Shown here one piece after another: positions 49,470-59,116 of a stretch of 64,000 nucleotides of DNA. The position numbers and the translations under genes were made by a program. Location of the stretch: the sequence record OQ471969.1. The stretch is one strand, 5' to 3'. The DNA is from Acinetobacter phage vB_AbaM_ABMM1. A model generated the notes under the pieces. That model was not told where the DNA came from, searched no databases, and was given only the letters and a program-made list of their open reading frames with translations. The stretch's first letter is position 1. The number at the start of each line of letters is the position of its first letter.

Positions 49470-49945
49470 CCTTCAGCTCCCGATTCGCTATTACATTTAT
49501 TAAAGTGAAGTCTTAAGATTTCCGTTCCTACTTCATATTTTGTAAACTCATCCTTTTTGTGGTGTTCTTCGGTAACAACTTCATCAACTGTATACCCAGC
49601 TGATGCGATAACAACCCCATAGCAAAGTTCATAAAATTCACCATCTTCAGCAACATGATGGCCATCTGCGACTTTATCTCTATACCAATCAAGACTATCC
49701 TCTGCTTCTTTTTGAGCTTCGTCTAAAGAGTCGTGATATTTAAAGCCATCGCCGTTAAAATCATGGCTAAGGTATTTTTGCGGTCGTACCGCCTGAGCTT
49801 TGGCTCTTGCTAACCATGCCGTTTCACTTGTATAAAAATCTGTTTCAAATTCAGGACTAAGATCTCTATAAAACTTGTACGCAATTGGGTCATTATTCTT
49901 GTACCAATTTTCATGAGCCAATTTTTCTTCATCTTCATTAAACAT
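49466..49945 (-). CDS. hypothetical early protein
   Basis: 159-aa ORF with ATGA overlap. Confidence 0.35.
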   Translation of the reverse strand: MFNEDEEKLAHENWYKNNDPIAYKFYRDLSPEFETDFYTSETAWLARAKAQAVRPQKYLSHDFNGDGFKYHDSLDEAQKEAEDSLDWYRDKVADGHHVAEDGEFYELCYGVVIASAGYTVDEVVTEEHHKKDEFTKYEVGTEILRLHFNKCNSESGAEG

Positions 49946-49947
49946 CG

Positions 49948-50193
49948 CTAAGCCCTCAAATATTCTTCTTTAGTCCACTCAACAAACTCTTTATAAAGTT
50001 GTTGTGCTGGTTTATTTAAACGGTTGTTGTAGTCGATCGTTATGCGGCGCCAAGCTACTGGTACCGCATAATGCTTTGTTAGAAACATTGCTTGATCCAT
50101 GCCTTTCCGGACTATTACGTAGCCCAGCAATTGCAAGTAGTACATAAAACCAAGCACGTGTTTTTGACTTACTTTCTTGTACTGGTCTTTCAT
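49948..50193 (-). CDS. hypothetical early protein
   Basis: 81-aa ORF. Confidence 0.3.
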   Translation of the reverse strand: MKDQYKKVSQKHVLGFMYYLQLLGYVIVRKGMDQAMFLTKHYAVPVAWRRITIDYNNRLNKPAQQLYKEFVEWTKEEYLRA

Positions 50194-50194
50194 A

Positions 50195-51154
50195 TTAGAA
50201 ACCGTCCTCTAATAGATAATCAGGGGTAGGCTCTGTTTGAGTAGGAGTAGGATTCTCTAATTCATAGCGGCGTTTTCTGATATATCCCATGTACTTTGGT
50301 TGAATTAGCGGATCACGTGCAGCTACGTCTATTTCCAGCGCATCTAGCGTTGTAAGGTCTGGTGCGTTCTGGATCTGAACCATTAGCGAAGGCGGATCAC
50401 TCTCAGCAGGTTTGTTTTCTGTAAGCTCTGACAAACGTTTATGGGTAGCTTGTAGCAAAGGCTCCATCTGTTTATCAGACCAAGTGCGGGTGTATCGATA
50501 AACTGCATTTACTTCGTCTGGTGTTTTTGATTCTTTTACACGCTGAAGAAGGGCATCTAATGCCTTCTGATATTCAGGATCTACTTTAGGCTCGTTAGTT
50601 TCTGGAATTAATAGATCCTCAGATGTGGTGACATTTGTTTGTTCGGTAATAACAATTGTTGGTTGAATTTCTGCAGAAATAACTTCAATAGGCTTTTCTG
50701 CTTTTGATTTTTTGCCTCTCTGTTTTTTAGGTTCCTCACCAAGACGAATAACACTTAAATCATTGTTGATTTCAATACCGAGTGCTTTTGAAAAAGCTTT
50801 TAATTGAAGCTTGGCGTTTTCTGCATCACGTTGAACGAAGCCACTGTTAATAGAATCAATTAATGCGTTAGTTTTGAAATCTAAAACATAGACCGTAGGT
50901 GAATATGTACTGATTACAAAAACTTCCTGACCGTCTTCATACTCATCAATAGTTAATGGCTTTGTGAATGTAATGCCAGCCAGTTCAATAGTTTCGATTT
51001 TGATGCAGAATTCAAAACCCGGTTTGCCAAAAACAGAAGCGGGGAATTGATCTAAGTCAGAAAAGTCCAACATGTCTCCAATAGGACGACAAAGAACAGT
51101 TTTACCTTTTTGAAGAGCTGCAAATGCTTCAGCTGCAGTGATTAGATTATTCAT
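50195..51154 (-). CDS. hypothetical early protein
   Basis: 319-aa ORF with an acidic Pro/Thr/Glu-rich central linker. Confidence 0.35.
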   Translation of the reverse strand: MNNLITAAEAFAALQKGKTVLCRPIGDMLDFSDLDQFPASVFGKPGFEFCIKIETIELAGITFTKPLTIDEYEDGQEVFVISTYSPTVYVLDFKTNALIDSINSGFVQRDAENAKLQLKAFSKALGIEINNDLSVIRLGEEPKKQRGKKSKAEKPIEVISAEIQPTIVITEQTNVTTSEDLLIPETNEPKVDPEYQKALDALLQRVKESKTPDEVNAVYRYTRTWSDKQMEPLLQATHKRLSELTENKPAESDPPSLMVQIQNAPDLTTLDALEIDVAARDPLIQPKYMGYIRKRRYELENPTPTQTEPTPDYLLEDGF

Positions 51155-52353
51155 GCTGTCATCCCCGTTTTAGCTAATGTTTCAATGTCTTGTTTAACTG
51201 CCTTAAGTTTTGCTGCTTCAATTTGAATAAGGGCATCGATACCTAAGTGCTCACATACTGTTTTTACGTCTAGGCCACGTTCAGCAATAAAGTTTTGAAG
51301 TTCATCTCTTTGTTGATCTGAGATACCGTTAAATTCAGGTGGACTAATCCAAGTGCCACGTTGCTTATCAAACGTGCAATTCAATGCTTTAGCCCTCATT
51401 AACATTGCTTGGCGCATGTTCTGGTAATACATATGTTCTTTATCAAGCGACTCAGTTAATTGATTAAGGTCACCTGCATGCTCTGCTTCCTCACAGCTTT
51501 GTTTCCAGTTTTCTAGCTCTTCTTGGGCTTTAGCTGCTGCAAGTTGTGCAGGCGTTAAGGTGTTAATGTGATCTTTAGCTTGAGTAATCAGGTCAGCCAA
51601 GAAAGTTGGATGTGTTTTGAGATCTGGTACCCACACTTCACCAGTTTCACCGCCTAGTGCACCTGAGTTTTTCGCATGATGTGTAGGTGAGGGTTTGAAA
51701 TTAATAACGCGGGCATTTTTACCTTCACCTGTGGTAACAGTTGTTAGATAACCCATGACATCTGCTATACGGTAAAGTTCGTTACGGTTTTTACCACCTA
51801 GATCTGGTCGGTAAATAATTTGATCACCGTTTTGATCTTCTGATGCGTGTGCAATGAAAACAACATCTTTACCTAAACTGATCAAAGTATTGATGTATTG
51901 CTTGAACGTTTGGTTCGCTAAACCTTGAGCCTTTAACTTTAAAGAACCATCTTTTTGACGGTTATTTGCCGTAAGTAACAGGTGGGTTTTAATGCATTCA
52001 AGCATTGCACCCACGGTATCAATGACTACGGTTTTATATGGTGCTAAGTCCTGCGGAGTAAGGTTTGCAACATCACTCCATTGATGAACCTGTACAACCG
52101 CACCACGACGTAATTCACCAGTACGGTGAGCACCACGGTCAAAGTCAAAAGAAATTGCTTTTTCCGCAGTAAAGCCCATCGATGATTTACCTAAACCCGG
52201 ATCAGCGTATAGGTACACAATAATTGCTTGAACCAATAAAGTTTGGTCAGCAGTAATAATCGGTAGAGCCATTTTATTATCCTTATCTTGAGCCAGTGAA
52301 GCCGCGCTTAGTTTTATAAGCCTTGCGGTCATAAGTAGGGATGTTTGTTTCAC
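51151..52353 (-). CDS. RecA-fold P-loop ATPase (AAA_24 / Sak4-like recombination ATPase); start may be at internal Met (52272)
   Basis: Walker A ADPGLGKSS and Walker B VVIDTV are present. The track ORF overlaps the upstream gene by 71 nt. Confidence 0.5.
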   Translation of the reverse strand: MKQTSLLMTARLIKLSAASLAQDKDNKMALPIITADQTLLVQAIIVYLYADPGLGKSSMGFTAEKAISFDFDRGAHRTGELRRGAVVQVHQWSDVANLTPQDLAPYKTVVIDTVGAMLECIKTHLLLTANNRQKDGSLKLKAQGLANQTFKQYINTLISLGKDVVFIAHASEDQNGDQIIYRPDLGGKNRNELYRIADVMGYLTTVTTGEGKNARVINFKPSPTHHAKNSGALGGETGEVWVPDLKTHPTFLADLITQAKDHINTLTPAQLAAAKAQEELENWKQSCEEAEHAGDLNQLTESLDKEHMYYQNMRQAMLMRAKALNCTFDKQRGTWISPPEFNGISDQQRDELQNFIAERGLDVKTVCEHLGIDALIQIEAAKLKAVKQDIETLAKTGMTA

Positions 52354-52609
52354 GCAGTTTTATTGCGAGCTGCTTTCTGCGTTGGAAATCAATTTCTTGT
52401 GTGAGTTCATTCCAAACTTTTGGATAGTCAGTTTGGAACCTGAACACATTTAAAGGCGTCTTAAATCCGTCTTTAACTTTGTAAAGAACTGAGCCATTAG
52501 CATTAGATGCGTACACTTGCCAGCCAATACGAACAGAGTAGAGGCCCTTATCATCACGGCCTAAAAATGACATGTAGCCGTCAGGGTGCTTTTTGAAATT
52601 AGACATCAT
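52283..52609 (-). CDS. hypothetical early protein
   Basis: 108-aa ORF. Confidence 0.3.
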   Translation of the reverse strand: MMSNFKKHPDGYMSFLGRDDKGLYSVRIGWQVYASNANGSVLYKVKDGFKTPLNVFRFQTDYPKVWNELTQEIDFQRRKQLAIKLRETNIPTYDRKAYKTKRGFTGSR

Positions 52610-53121
52610 TAAACCTCCACCAACTTGTTACGTTCGATGAAGCCTTTTAGAAGGTCATTGATGTTGCGGATGTCTTCAAATTCGGTGAAATCGTTATATG
52701 ACTTACCATTAACATCAGTAATTTCATTTACCGTGAGTTGAGTAATATCAACAGCGGTAAATTCAGAACCCGGAACGCCATAACTGTCTGGATGAGCTTC
52801 AAAATCAAAGCTAACGTTTAAACGGAAGCTATCTAATTTAATTACAGCAACGCCAGAATGTTTACCTGTGATTTTCGCGGTTAACACACCGTAAGTACTT
52901 GGTTGAGTTTTAGGTGTAAAAAGAGTAGGTGCTTCTTTTGTTTGGAAAGCTGGCTGCAATTGGCAAGCAACTAAAGAACCACCTGAGATTGCAAGAGCAG
53001 CCATGCTGACAAATGCAAAGGAGTTGAAAGGGGTAGCTTTTACGTTCATAATTGATCTCGCAGTTTGCAAAAGCACATCAGATTTAGCGGTCGGTGTGCT
53101 TTTTTGTTGTCTACGAGACAA
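52609..53121 (-). CDS. putative lipoprotein, first gene of the leftward early operon
   Basis: Signal peptide with lipobox ...GGSLVAC|QLQ. Confidence 0.45.
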   Translation of the reverse strand: MSRRQQKSTPTAKSDVLLQTARSIMNVKATPFNSFAFVSMAALAISGGSLVACQLQPAFQTKEAPTLFTPKTQPSTYGVLTAKITGKHSGVAVIKLDSFRLNVSFDFEAHPDSYGVPGSEFTAVDITQLTVNEITDVNGKSYNDFTEFEDIRNINDLLKGFIERNKLVEV

Positions 53122-53265
53122 ATATAGTTTTATCTATTATTAGTGTCAATAGGTATAACTATAAAATGATAGGTGTAAATTTCTGAATTGATAGGTAAAT
53201 CTATAAATAAAAAGCCCACCTTATAGGTGGGCAAATGTATAAAATTGTTTCTATAGGTGAATTTA
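53122..53265. promoter_or_regulatory. leftward operator/promoter region (OL-like) with ATAGGT-containing repeats
   Basis: AATAGGTATAACTATAAAA at ~53147, plus further GATAGGT/TATAGGT half-sites. Confidence 0.5.
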
Positions 53266-53937
53266 TTAACCAGCTCGCCAAAATTGACGACCCATTACCT
53301 TAAAATTTTTTCCATTCTCTTCAGTAACTTTTCGATCTCTAAACTTTTCATTGAGACTATGAAGAATTAGAGACCCATCAGCCTCTTTAAAAATTTGCTT
53401 CAACATTCCTTCACCAGCGAAGTAAACAGCATATATTTCACCGTCAATAACTTCAGTTTGAGAAATATCAATACCAACTAAGTCACCATCTTTGATGTAA
53501 TCCATCATGCTATCACCTTTAGCTTTGATGATACGCATGCAATCCTCAGAGACACGTTTTTCTTTAAAAAATGATGGTGGAAAAGGGATTGCTCCATTGA
53601 TTGCATCAAAATGAAATTCAATAGATTCACCTGGTCCACATGAAAAATTAGCTTCCACTACGTCAATCCAAATGTAATTGTCTATTCCTTTATGAACCAC
53701 TTTAGGTTTTACAAAATCATCTTCGGAAAAACCATCTTCAGTTTTTCCAGTAGTTAGCCAATACGCATCTACACCTAAGTATTTTGCAATCAGTGGAAGG
53801 AAAGCAGACTTCAAGCTCTTACCACTTTCTAAGGCTTGATATGTGGGTTGTTTAATACCAACTGCTTCAGCTACTTCATACTGACTTTTACCAGCTTTAG
53901 TACGAGCTTCTTTGAGTCGAGTTGCCAAATCAGACAT
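53266..53937 (-). CDS. cI: CI-like repressor (XRE HTH + S24 LexA-type autopeptidase)
   Basis: N-terminal HTH (LKEARTKAGKSQYEVAEAVGIKQPTYQALE) and a C-terminal S24 domain with GDSM....KDGDLV. Confidence 0.8.
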   Translation of the reverse strand: MSDLATRLKEARTKAGKSQYEVAEAVGIKQPTYQALESGKSLKSAFLPLIAKYLGVDAYWLTTGKTEDGFSEDDFVKPKVVHKGIDNYIWIDVVEANFSCGPGESIEFHFDAINGAIPFPPSFFKEKRVSEDCMRIIKAKGDSMMDYIKDGDLVGIDISQTEVIDGEIYAVYFAGEGMLKQIFKEADGSLILHSLNEKFRDRKVTEENGKNFKVMGRQFWRAG

Positions 53938-54055
53938 AACAAAAACCTTAATTTGTTTGGAATTGGATTTTATAGGCTCAACTATAAAACTTCAAAAAGG
54001 CATACCTATTGACATATGATAGGTATAACTATAAATTAACTATCAAAATAGGAGT
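53938..54055. promoter_or_regulatory. OR-like divergent operator/promoter region between cI and cro
   Basis: Repeats TATAGGCTCAACTATAAAA and GATAGGTATAACTATAAAT, plus the inverted half ATACCTATTGACAT. Confidence 0.55.
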
Positions 54056-54295
54056 TTGATAGTTATGAGCCAAAATCTCATCGCAATCTATGAAAAATTA
54101 GTTGAGTTCTTAGGTGGCCAAACAAAGACAGCTCAAGTCCTACTTATAAAACAACCCTCTGTAAATGCATGGCTTAAAGGAAAAAACCAAATGTCCGAAA
54201 AGATTGCATTACGCGCTGAGCGTGTAACTAAAGGTCGTTTTAAAGCTTATGAGCTTTGTCCATCACTTTCAGAATTCGAAACATTAACCGCTTAG
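54056..54295 (+). CDS. cro: Cro-like HTH regulator
   Basis: 79 aa divergent from cI, with HTH ...GGQTKTAQVLLIKQPSVNAWL. Confidence 0.6.
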   Translation: MIVMSQNLIAIYEKLVEFLGGQTKTAQVLLIKQPSVNAWLKGKNQMSEKIALRAERVTKGRFKAYELCPSLSEFETLTA

Positions 54296-54305
54296 GACCT
54301 TACCC

Positions 54306-54626
54306 ATGAGCAAAGTATCAAATGAATTGCCTGCAAGCGCTAGCAATAACGAATCGCTCATATTGCAAGCACTTAACGCTAGCAACCAAAGACAAGTAGC
54401 AGAGATGATAAATGTCGATGCGAGCATCCTTTCACGGATGAAAACAGAAAAGAAATCAAATGGTTGGACTGAAATTGAGTTTATTAGCTTTTTGTTGACA
54501 GCCATTGGTTTGAAGGTTGTGCAAGAGAGTGATGTGTATTGCTCACCTGAAATTGCAGAAGCAACGCGAGTTTATTTAGCACATGCATTCACTTCACCTG
54601 AATACATGCGGATTTTATTCAAATAA
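54306..54626 (+). CDS. CII-like transcriptional activator
   Basis: HTH ...RQVAEMINVDASILSRMK; terminator at ~54627-54660. Confidence 0.45.
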   Translation: MSKVSNELPASASNNESLILQALNASNQRQVAEMINVDASILSRMKTEKKSNGWTEIEFISFLLTAIGLKVVQESDVYCSPEIAEATRVYLAHAFTSPEYMRILFK

Positions 54627-54675
54627 AAAACCACTACCTGCGCGAACAGGAGTGGTTTATAGGCATTCAGTCGAG

Positions 54676-54975
54676 ATGAATCAAATGAATAAAACTAATT
54701 TATCAAATCAACAGCAAATAATCCAGAGCTGGTTTGAGCCGGCTCTCCACACACTTAAAGCATTAATCAAAAAGTGTGAAGAGAACCTAGAGCGAGTTAA
54801 AGCTGACAAGAAAAATGCCGCCGTAAAGAGAGATGACTTTAAAGAAACTTTAGTCCGTCAACATCGTATTACATATAACCATGCTGAGGAAATTATTAGA
54901 AGCCTTGGTCGTGCTGGGCGTATTCGCTTCTTGGGTAGTACATACATTCAGTTAAATGTTCAGGAGACCAAATGA
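54676..54975 (+). CDS. hypothetical protein (start trimmed to the ATG after the terminator; track ORF 54583..54975)
   Basis: MNQMNKTNLSN...; ATGAATGA overlap with the MTase start. Confidence 0.35.
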   Translation: MNQMNKTNLSNQQQIIQSWFEPALHTLKALIKKCEENLERVKADKKNAAVKRDDFKETLVRQHRITYNHAEEIIRSLGRAGRIRFLGSTYIQLNVQETK

Positions 54976-55886
54976 ATGAGTTGGCTCTTTTCGCAGGCGC
55001 TGGTGGCGGAGTACTCGCATCTTATCTCTTGGGATGGCGAACAGTGTGCGCAGTTGAACGTGATGCCTACGCCGCACAAGTTCTGGCGCAACGACAGAAT
55101 GATGGAATTCTCGAAGCTTTCCCAATTTGGTCTGACATTACAACTTTTGACGGAAAACCATGGCAAGGAATTGTTGACGTTATATCTGGCGGCTTTCCGT
55201 GCCAAGACATCTCATCCGCGGGGAAAGGTGCTGGAATCGAAGGTGAACGTTCTGGGCTTTGGTCAGAAATGGCACGAATTATTGGTGAAGTACGACCTAG
55301 ATACGTGTTCGTGGAAAACTCACCAATGCTTGTTTCCAGAGGACTTACACGAGTCATCAGTGACCTTGCCAAAATGGGGTATGACGCGCAATGGGCACGT
55401 TTTTCAGCATCTAACTTTGGAGCGCCCCATATCCGTGACCGAATCTGGATTGTGGGCAACACCACTAGCAAGGGATTTTCGGAGTGGTCAATCCCAACGA
55501 TGGGACAACCCGCATCGTTCAAGAAACTTAAACGACCAAGTTGCAAAGTTCCCAACACCCAAAGCTTCGGATGGGAACAAACGAGGCAAGGTGAGCAATC
55601 ATCCAAGGAACGGTTTAGCCGGCGTGGTGGAGAATTTGCCTACCCCAACTGCCTCAATGAGCAAAGGATCATCACCAGCGACGCTGACCAGGAAAGACGG
55701 CAAGAGCAGGGTAAACGATCGGCTCGATCATCATGTAATGAACTCACATGGTGGCAAGTTGAACCCGAACTGGGTCGAGTGGCTGATGGGGTGGCCAATC
55801 GGGTGGACCGACTTAAGGCCATTGGAAATGGACAAGTTTCAATCGTGGCTAAATGCGCATTTGAATTTTTAGGTGGTGCAGAATGA
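54972..55886 (+). CDS. DNA (cytosine-5)-methyltransferase; C-terminal half appears frame-disrupted (see findings)
   Basis: Frame-0 motifs are present: I FAGAGG, IV GFPCQDIS (~55195-55215), VI VFVENSPML, VIII GAPHIRDRIWIVG, and a possible X AIGNGQVSIV. The region is markedly GC-richer than its surroundings. Confidence 0.7.
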   Translation: MNELALFAGAGGGVLASYLLGWRTVCAVERDAYAAQVLAQRQNDGILEAFPIWSDITTFDGKPWQGIVDVISGGFPCQDISSAGKGAGIEGERSGLWSEMARIIGEVRPRYVFVENSPMLVSRGLTRVISDLAKMGYDAQWARFSASNFGAPHIRDRIWIVGNTTSKGFSEWSIPTMGQPASFKKLKRPSCKVPNTQSFGWEQTRQGEQSSKERFSRRGGEFAYPNCLNEQRIITSDADQERRQEQGKRSARSSCNELTWWQVEPELGRVADGVANRVDRLKAIGNGQVSIVAKCAFEFLGGAE

Positions 55887-56833
55887 ATTATTACCAACAC
55901 CATATTGGTGACTTTAACAATGCGACTCGCCACCTCAGTTTAATTGAGCGTGCGATTTACCGTGACTTATTAGACATGTATTACGACACGGAGAAGGCGA
56001 TTGATGCAACAAGCATTGATCGTTTAGCACGTCGTTTGCAATGTACTACCGAAGAGCAAAAAGAAGCTCTCAAATATGTACTTGATGAGTTTTTCATTCT
56101 TGAAGAAGGTGTTTATCGCAATAATCGTTGTGAACGAGAAATTGCTGAATACCACGGGAAAAAGAAACAAGCGAGTGAGGCTGGTAAAGCGTCTGCTGCA
56201 AAACGTGCAGCGAAAAAGAAAGGTTCGTCCAACAGTGGTTCATCAAAAGATGATCAATCGTCTAACGAAAATTCAACGGTCGTTGAAAATCCGTTAAACG
56301 AAGAACAAACGGGCGTGCAACCAACCAATAACCATAAACCATTAACCATAAACCAAGAACCAATTATTGATAGTAGTAGTAATACGCGTGGAGAAAATTC
56401 GCAATTAACTCCAATTCAATTTGCTCAGTATCAGATCGATGATCACAAACGCTATTCAATGCGTGAATTCATTTCTGAATACAGCGAGTTTCAATACGAT
56501 TTCATTTCACTTGCTCAACAAAGATTTGTTTCTGTACCTGAAATCGACTTGAGAACCATGATTCAAAATTTCGGTGACTGGTACTTTGCAAACGATTCTA
56601 GTTCATTGAATACACCAAGCATCTGGTTGGTTAAGTGGTTCTCTTGGGTTCAAAACAACGAGAAACAAGTTGCTGCTAACCGCAAGAAACAAGAGCAAAT
56701 CAATTCAGTTGGGCAAAAACCACAAGAGTCGGGTTACTTCGCTAATCTTTTTGAAGAACAGAGCGAATCTCAAATCGTGGATGTAACCCCAGCAAAAAAG
56801 TTTCCAATGATTGAGGAGGTAGGTCATGCATGA
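55883..56833 (+). CDS. DUF1376 (YdaU-like) domain protein, replication-module protein
   Basis: The N-terminus MNYYQHHIGDFNNATRHLSLIERAIYRDLLDMYYDTE fits the DUF1376 family; the central region is Ser/Lys-rich and disordered. Confidence 0.55.
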   Translation: MNYYQHHIGDFNNATRHLSLIERAIYRDLLDMYYDTEKAIDATSIDRLARRLQCTTEEQKEALKYVLDEFFILEEGVYRNNRCEREIAEYHGKKKQASEAGKASAAKRAAKKKGSSNSGSSKDDQSSNENSTVVENPLNEEQTGVQPTNNHKPLTINQEPIIDSSSNTRGENSQLTPIQFAQYQIDDHKRYSMREFISEYSEFQYDFISLAQQRFVSVPEIDLRTMIQNFGDWYFANDSSSLNTPSIWLVKWFSWVQNNEKQVAANRKKQEQINSVGQKPQESGYFANLFEEQSESQIVDVTPAKKFPMIEEVGHA

Positions 56834-57575
56834 GATTACCTTGAACGAAGTGCGTCAATTAATCGCATCTCTTCGCACTGTTTACGCTGCTCAGTTCAAT
56901 AAGCAATTTCCAGCAACAGGCGAAAAAGCAATTCCTCTGTCAGTAGTTGAGCAAATTGCACTTAAAACACTGGTTGGCGTTCAACAAAACCAATTTAACA
57001 ACGCACTTGCTCGATTACTTACAGCAGGTGGGCGTTTTATGCCGTCATTTGCTGAATTTCGCACCTGGTGTATCGGTGAAAGTTGGATGTCTCCAGAGGA
57101 AGCTTGGTCACGTGCATGTAAGTTTACGACTGACCGTACCGTGGTTATTACACAAATTACAAAATATGCATTAGACGAAGTGATGTATTTGATCGAAGCC
57201 GGCCAAATGCGAGCAGCTCAAGATAATTTCTTCGGAACCTACAACGTGATGGTGGCTAAAGCTCAATTGAAAGGTCGTCAGCAAGAGTTTTACGCTCCAC
57301 CGCTACAACTAGAACACAAAGAACCTAAACACGTTCCTGTGAGCAATGACGAAGCACAAAAGCATCTCAAATCTTTGATGGAACGGCTAAAGATTAACGG
57401 CCGTAAACCTACGCCAGTTCAAAAACTTGAGGCAAAAGAAAAAGAGCCTGAGCTTGCAAAGGAATTAGGGCCAGATCCTTTCGATAATCCACACGAATAT
57501 GCCGAGATGTGCCGCCGTGAAGGTATGCCTATTCCTCGAAATATTCTGCAGTTAATTGAAGGGGCGAATGTATGA
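56826..57575 (+). CDS. replication-associated hypothetical protein
   Basis: 249-aa ORF; its start overlaps the upstream gene. Confidence 0.35.
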   Translation: MHEITLNEVRQLIASLRTVYAAQFNKQFPATGEKAIPLSVVEQIALKTLVGVQQNQFNNALARLLTAGGRFMPSFAEFRTWCIGESWMSPEEAWSRACKFTTDRTVVITQITKYALDEVMYLIEAGQMRAAQDNFFGTYNVMVAKAQLKGRQQEFYAPPLQLEHKEPKHVPVSNDEAQKHLKSLMERLKINGRKPTPVQKLEAKEKEPELAKELGPDPFDNPHEYAEMCRREGMPIPRNILQLIEGANV

Positions 57576-57979
57576 GCCATTTCCAAGATAAGCATGTGAT
57601 TCATGTTGATGAACAAAATCAAGTTATCAAGTTCACACGTAGAAATGAGATTGTGGAGTGTGATCACGGGCGTATTGAAATATCAAAGGAAGATAATGAG
57701 ATCCTTTGTATGGACTGCAATACAAAACTTAATCCAGTTTTATGGATTGCCAAATATTTAGACCAATTGAATCAAGTCACCCAACGTAATAACAGAATGC
57801 TGGCAGAGGTCCGTGAAATACAGGCAAAGCTTGAAAAGAAAAATAAGTTTATGTGCAAACACTGCCATGAAGTAAACACTATTGATTTTAAGAAGCTTCC
57901 TTCACAAGCAGCTGTAGTGCGCGGTATGGCCGTAATTGATCAAGAGTTTGACGGTATGAAAGTGGAGTTCTGCCAATGA
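57572..57979 (+). CDS. zinc-ribbon protein
   Basis: ECDHG...CMDCN and CKHCHEVN cysteine/histidine pairs. Confidence 0.4.
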   Translation: MSHFQDKHVIHVDEQNQVIKFTRRNEIVECDHGRIEISKEDNEILCMDCNTKLNPVLWIAKYLDQLNQVTQRNNRMLAEVREIQAKLEKKNKFMCKHCHEVNTIDFKKLPSQAAVVRGMAVIDQEFDGMKVEFCQ

Positions 57980-58260
57980 AATACAAAATTGGTGATAGAG
58001 TCTATGTAGATTTCAAATCATGTAATCGAATGGAAACTGATGGAACTCATATTTTTGGTGAAGGCCAGATTGATAGGGTCGATGAAGACAATGATTTTCT
58101 AATTGGAAGACTCGATAAAGGTGGTTATTTTGGTTGTCCATCTTCAGATGTAAAACCTATTAATAAGTCATGTGTACACGGGTACGATGTTGCATGTTTA
58201 TTATGTGGTTTTGGTCAATCTGAAACTACTGGTGAAAGAATCTGGCATACTCAACGATAG
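57976..58260 (+). CDS. hypothetical protein
   Basis: 94-aa ORF with ATGA overlap. Confidence 0.3.
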   Translation: MKYKIGDRVYVDFKSCNRMETDGTHIFGEGQIDRVDEDNDFLIGRLDKGGYFGCPSSDVKPINKSCVHGYDVACLLCGFGQSETTGERIWHTQR

Positions 58261-58336
58261 TATGTAAGTTATAGTTTTAAATTAAATAACAAGTTAAGCT
58301 CATCAATTGATGGGCTTTATTATTAGAGTGAATTAA

Positions 58337-59116
58337 ATGACTTTAGAAATATGTAAACTTTGCGGAGAAGAAAAAGAGTTACAACGCTCTCATGTAATAG
58401 GTAAAGTTGTTTTTAGTAAGATTTTAAGAGAAGTAGAAAATGGGTATGCAATCAATATCTCAATTGGAAAAAATCAAATAAAGAAAAGTACAGATACATG
58501 GGATTCAAAATTGCTATGTAAGGATTGTGAAAGATTATTTAATCAAAAATATGAAGACTACTCTTATCATGTTTTAAGAAGAGAACAAAAAGGCATTTTA
58601 ACAAATGAAGGTCCACACGGAATTTATTTTAGTAAAGTAAATACCTATAGAGTTATTCTCTATTTCTTCTCAATCTATTGGAGAGCGGGTTATTCAACTC
58701 ACTCAGCTTATTCCAATGTTGTAATCAATGAAGGTATTAGTAATCATTTAAAACAAGTTTTCAAAGATGAAGCAAACTTAAACCCAAAAGCCTTCAGTGT
58801 TAGAGTTAGGTTGTTAAAAGATGAATCCGGAGGATTCCCTCCAGAAAGCCTAAAGCGAATTATCATAAATCCATATAATAGAATTCAAGGTAAAGGGTTT
58901 GTTTTATGCATGATTTACGAAGGATTCTTTTTTGAACTATTTTGTAATGCTAGTACTTTTAAAGATAGACAAGCACCTGGTTTTTTAAATAGAGCAAAAG
59001 ATTCATTTTTTGTACCTTATGTAGATTTATTTGATATCCCCGAAGTTGTGCAAACACTTGCTGATGGTCTAAAAATTCATAATGAGACACCCGATGAAAA
59101 TAAAATTAAAATATAA
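58337..59116 (+). CDS. AT-rich HNH-like zinc-finger protein with unknown C-terminal domain
   Basis: CKLCGEEKELQRSHVIGK ... LLCKDCERLFN shows an HNH-type CxxC..H..CxxC arrangement; ~30% GC. Confidence 0.4.
   Translation: MTLEICKLCGEEKELQRSHVIGKVVFSKILREVENGYAINISIGKNQIKKSTDTWDSKLLCKDCERLFNQKYEDYSYHVLRREQKGILTNEGPHGIYFSKVNTYRVILYFFSIYWRAGYSTHSAYSNVVINEGISNHLKQVFKDEANLNPKAFSVRVRLLKDESGGFPPESLKRIIINPYNRIQGKGFVLCMIYEGFFFELFCNASTFKDRQAPGFLNRAKDSFFVPYVDLFDIPEVVQTLADGLKIHNETPDENKIKI

Noticed and set aside
55067-55606. 179-aa reverse-strand ORF over the methyltransferase gene
   Set aside because: It is a consequence of the locally high GC content and stop-codon depletion, and shows no protein-like features. 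The frame +1 ORF 54976-55872 is discussed as part of the MTase frameshift finding rather than as a separate gene.
56076-57667. Short alternate-frame ORFs 56076-56297, 56947-57174, 57419-57667
   Set aside because: They are nested within the DUF1376 and replication-associated genes, and their translations are Lys/Arg-rich artefacts.
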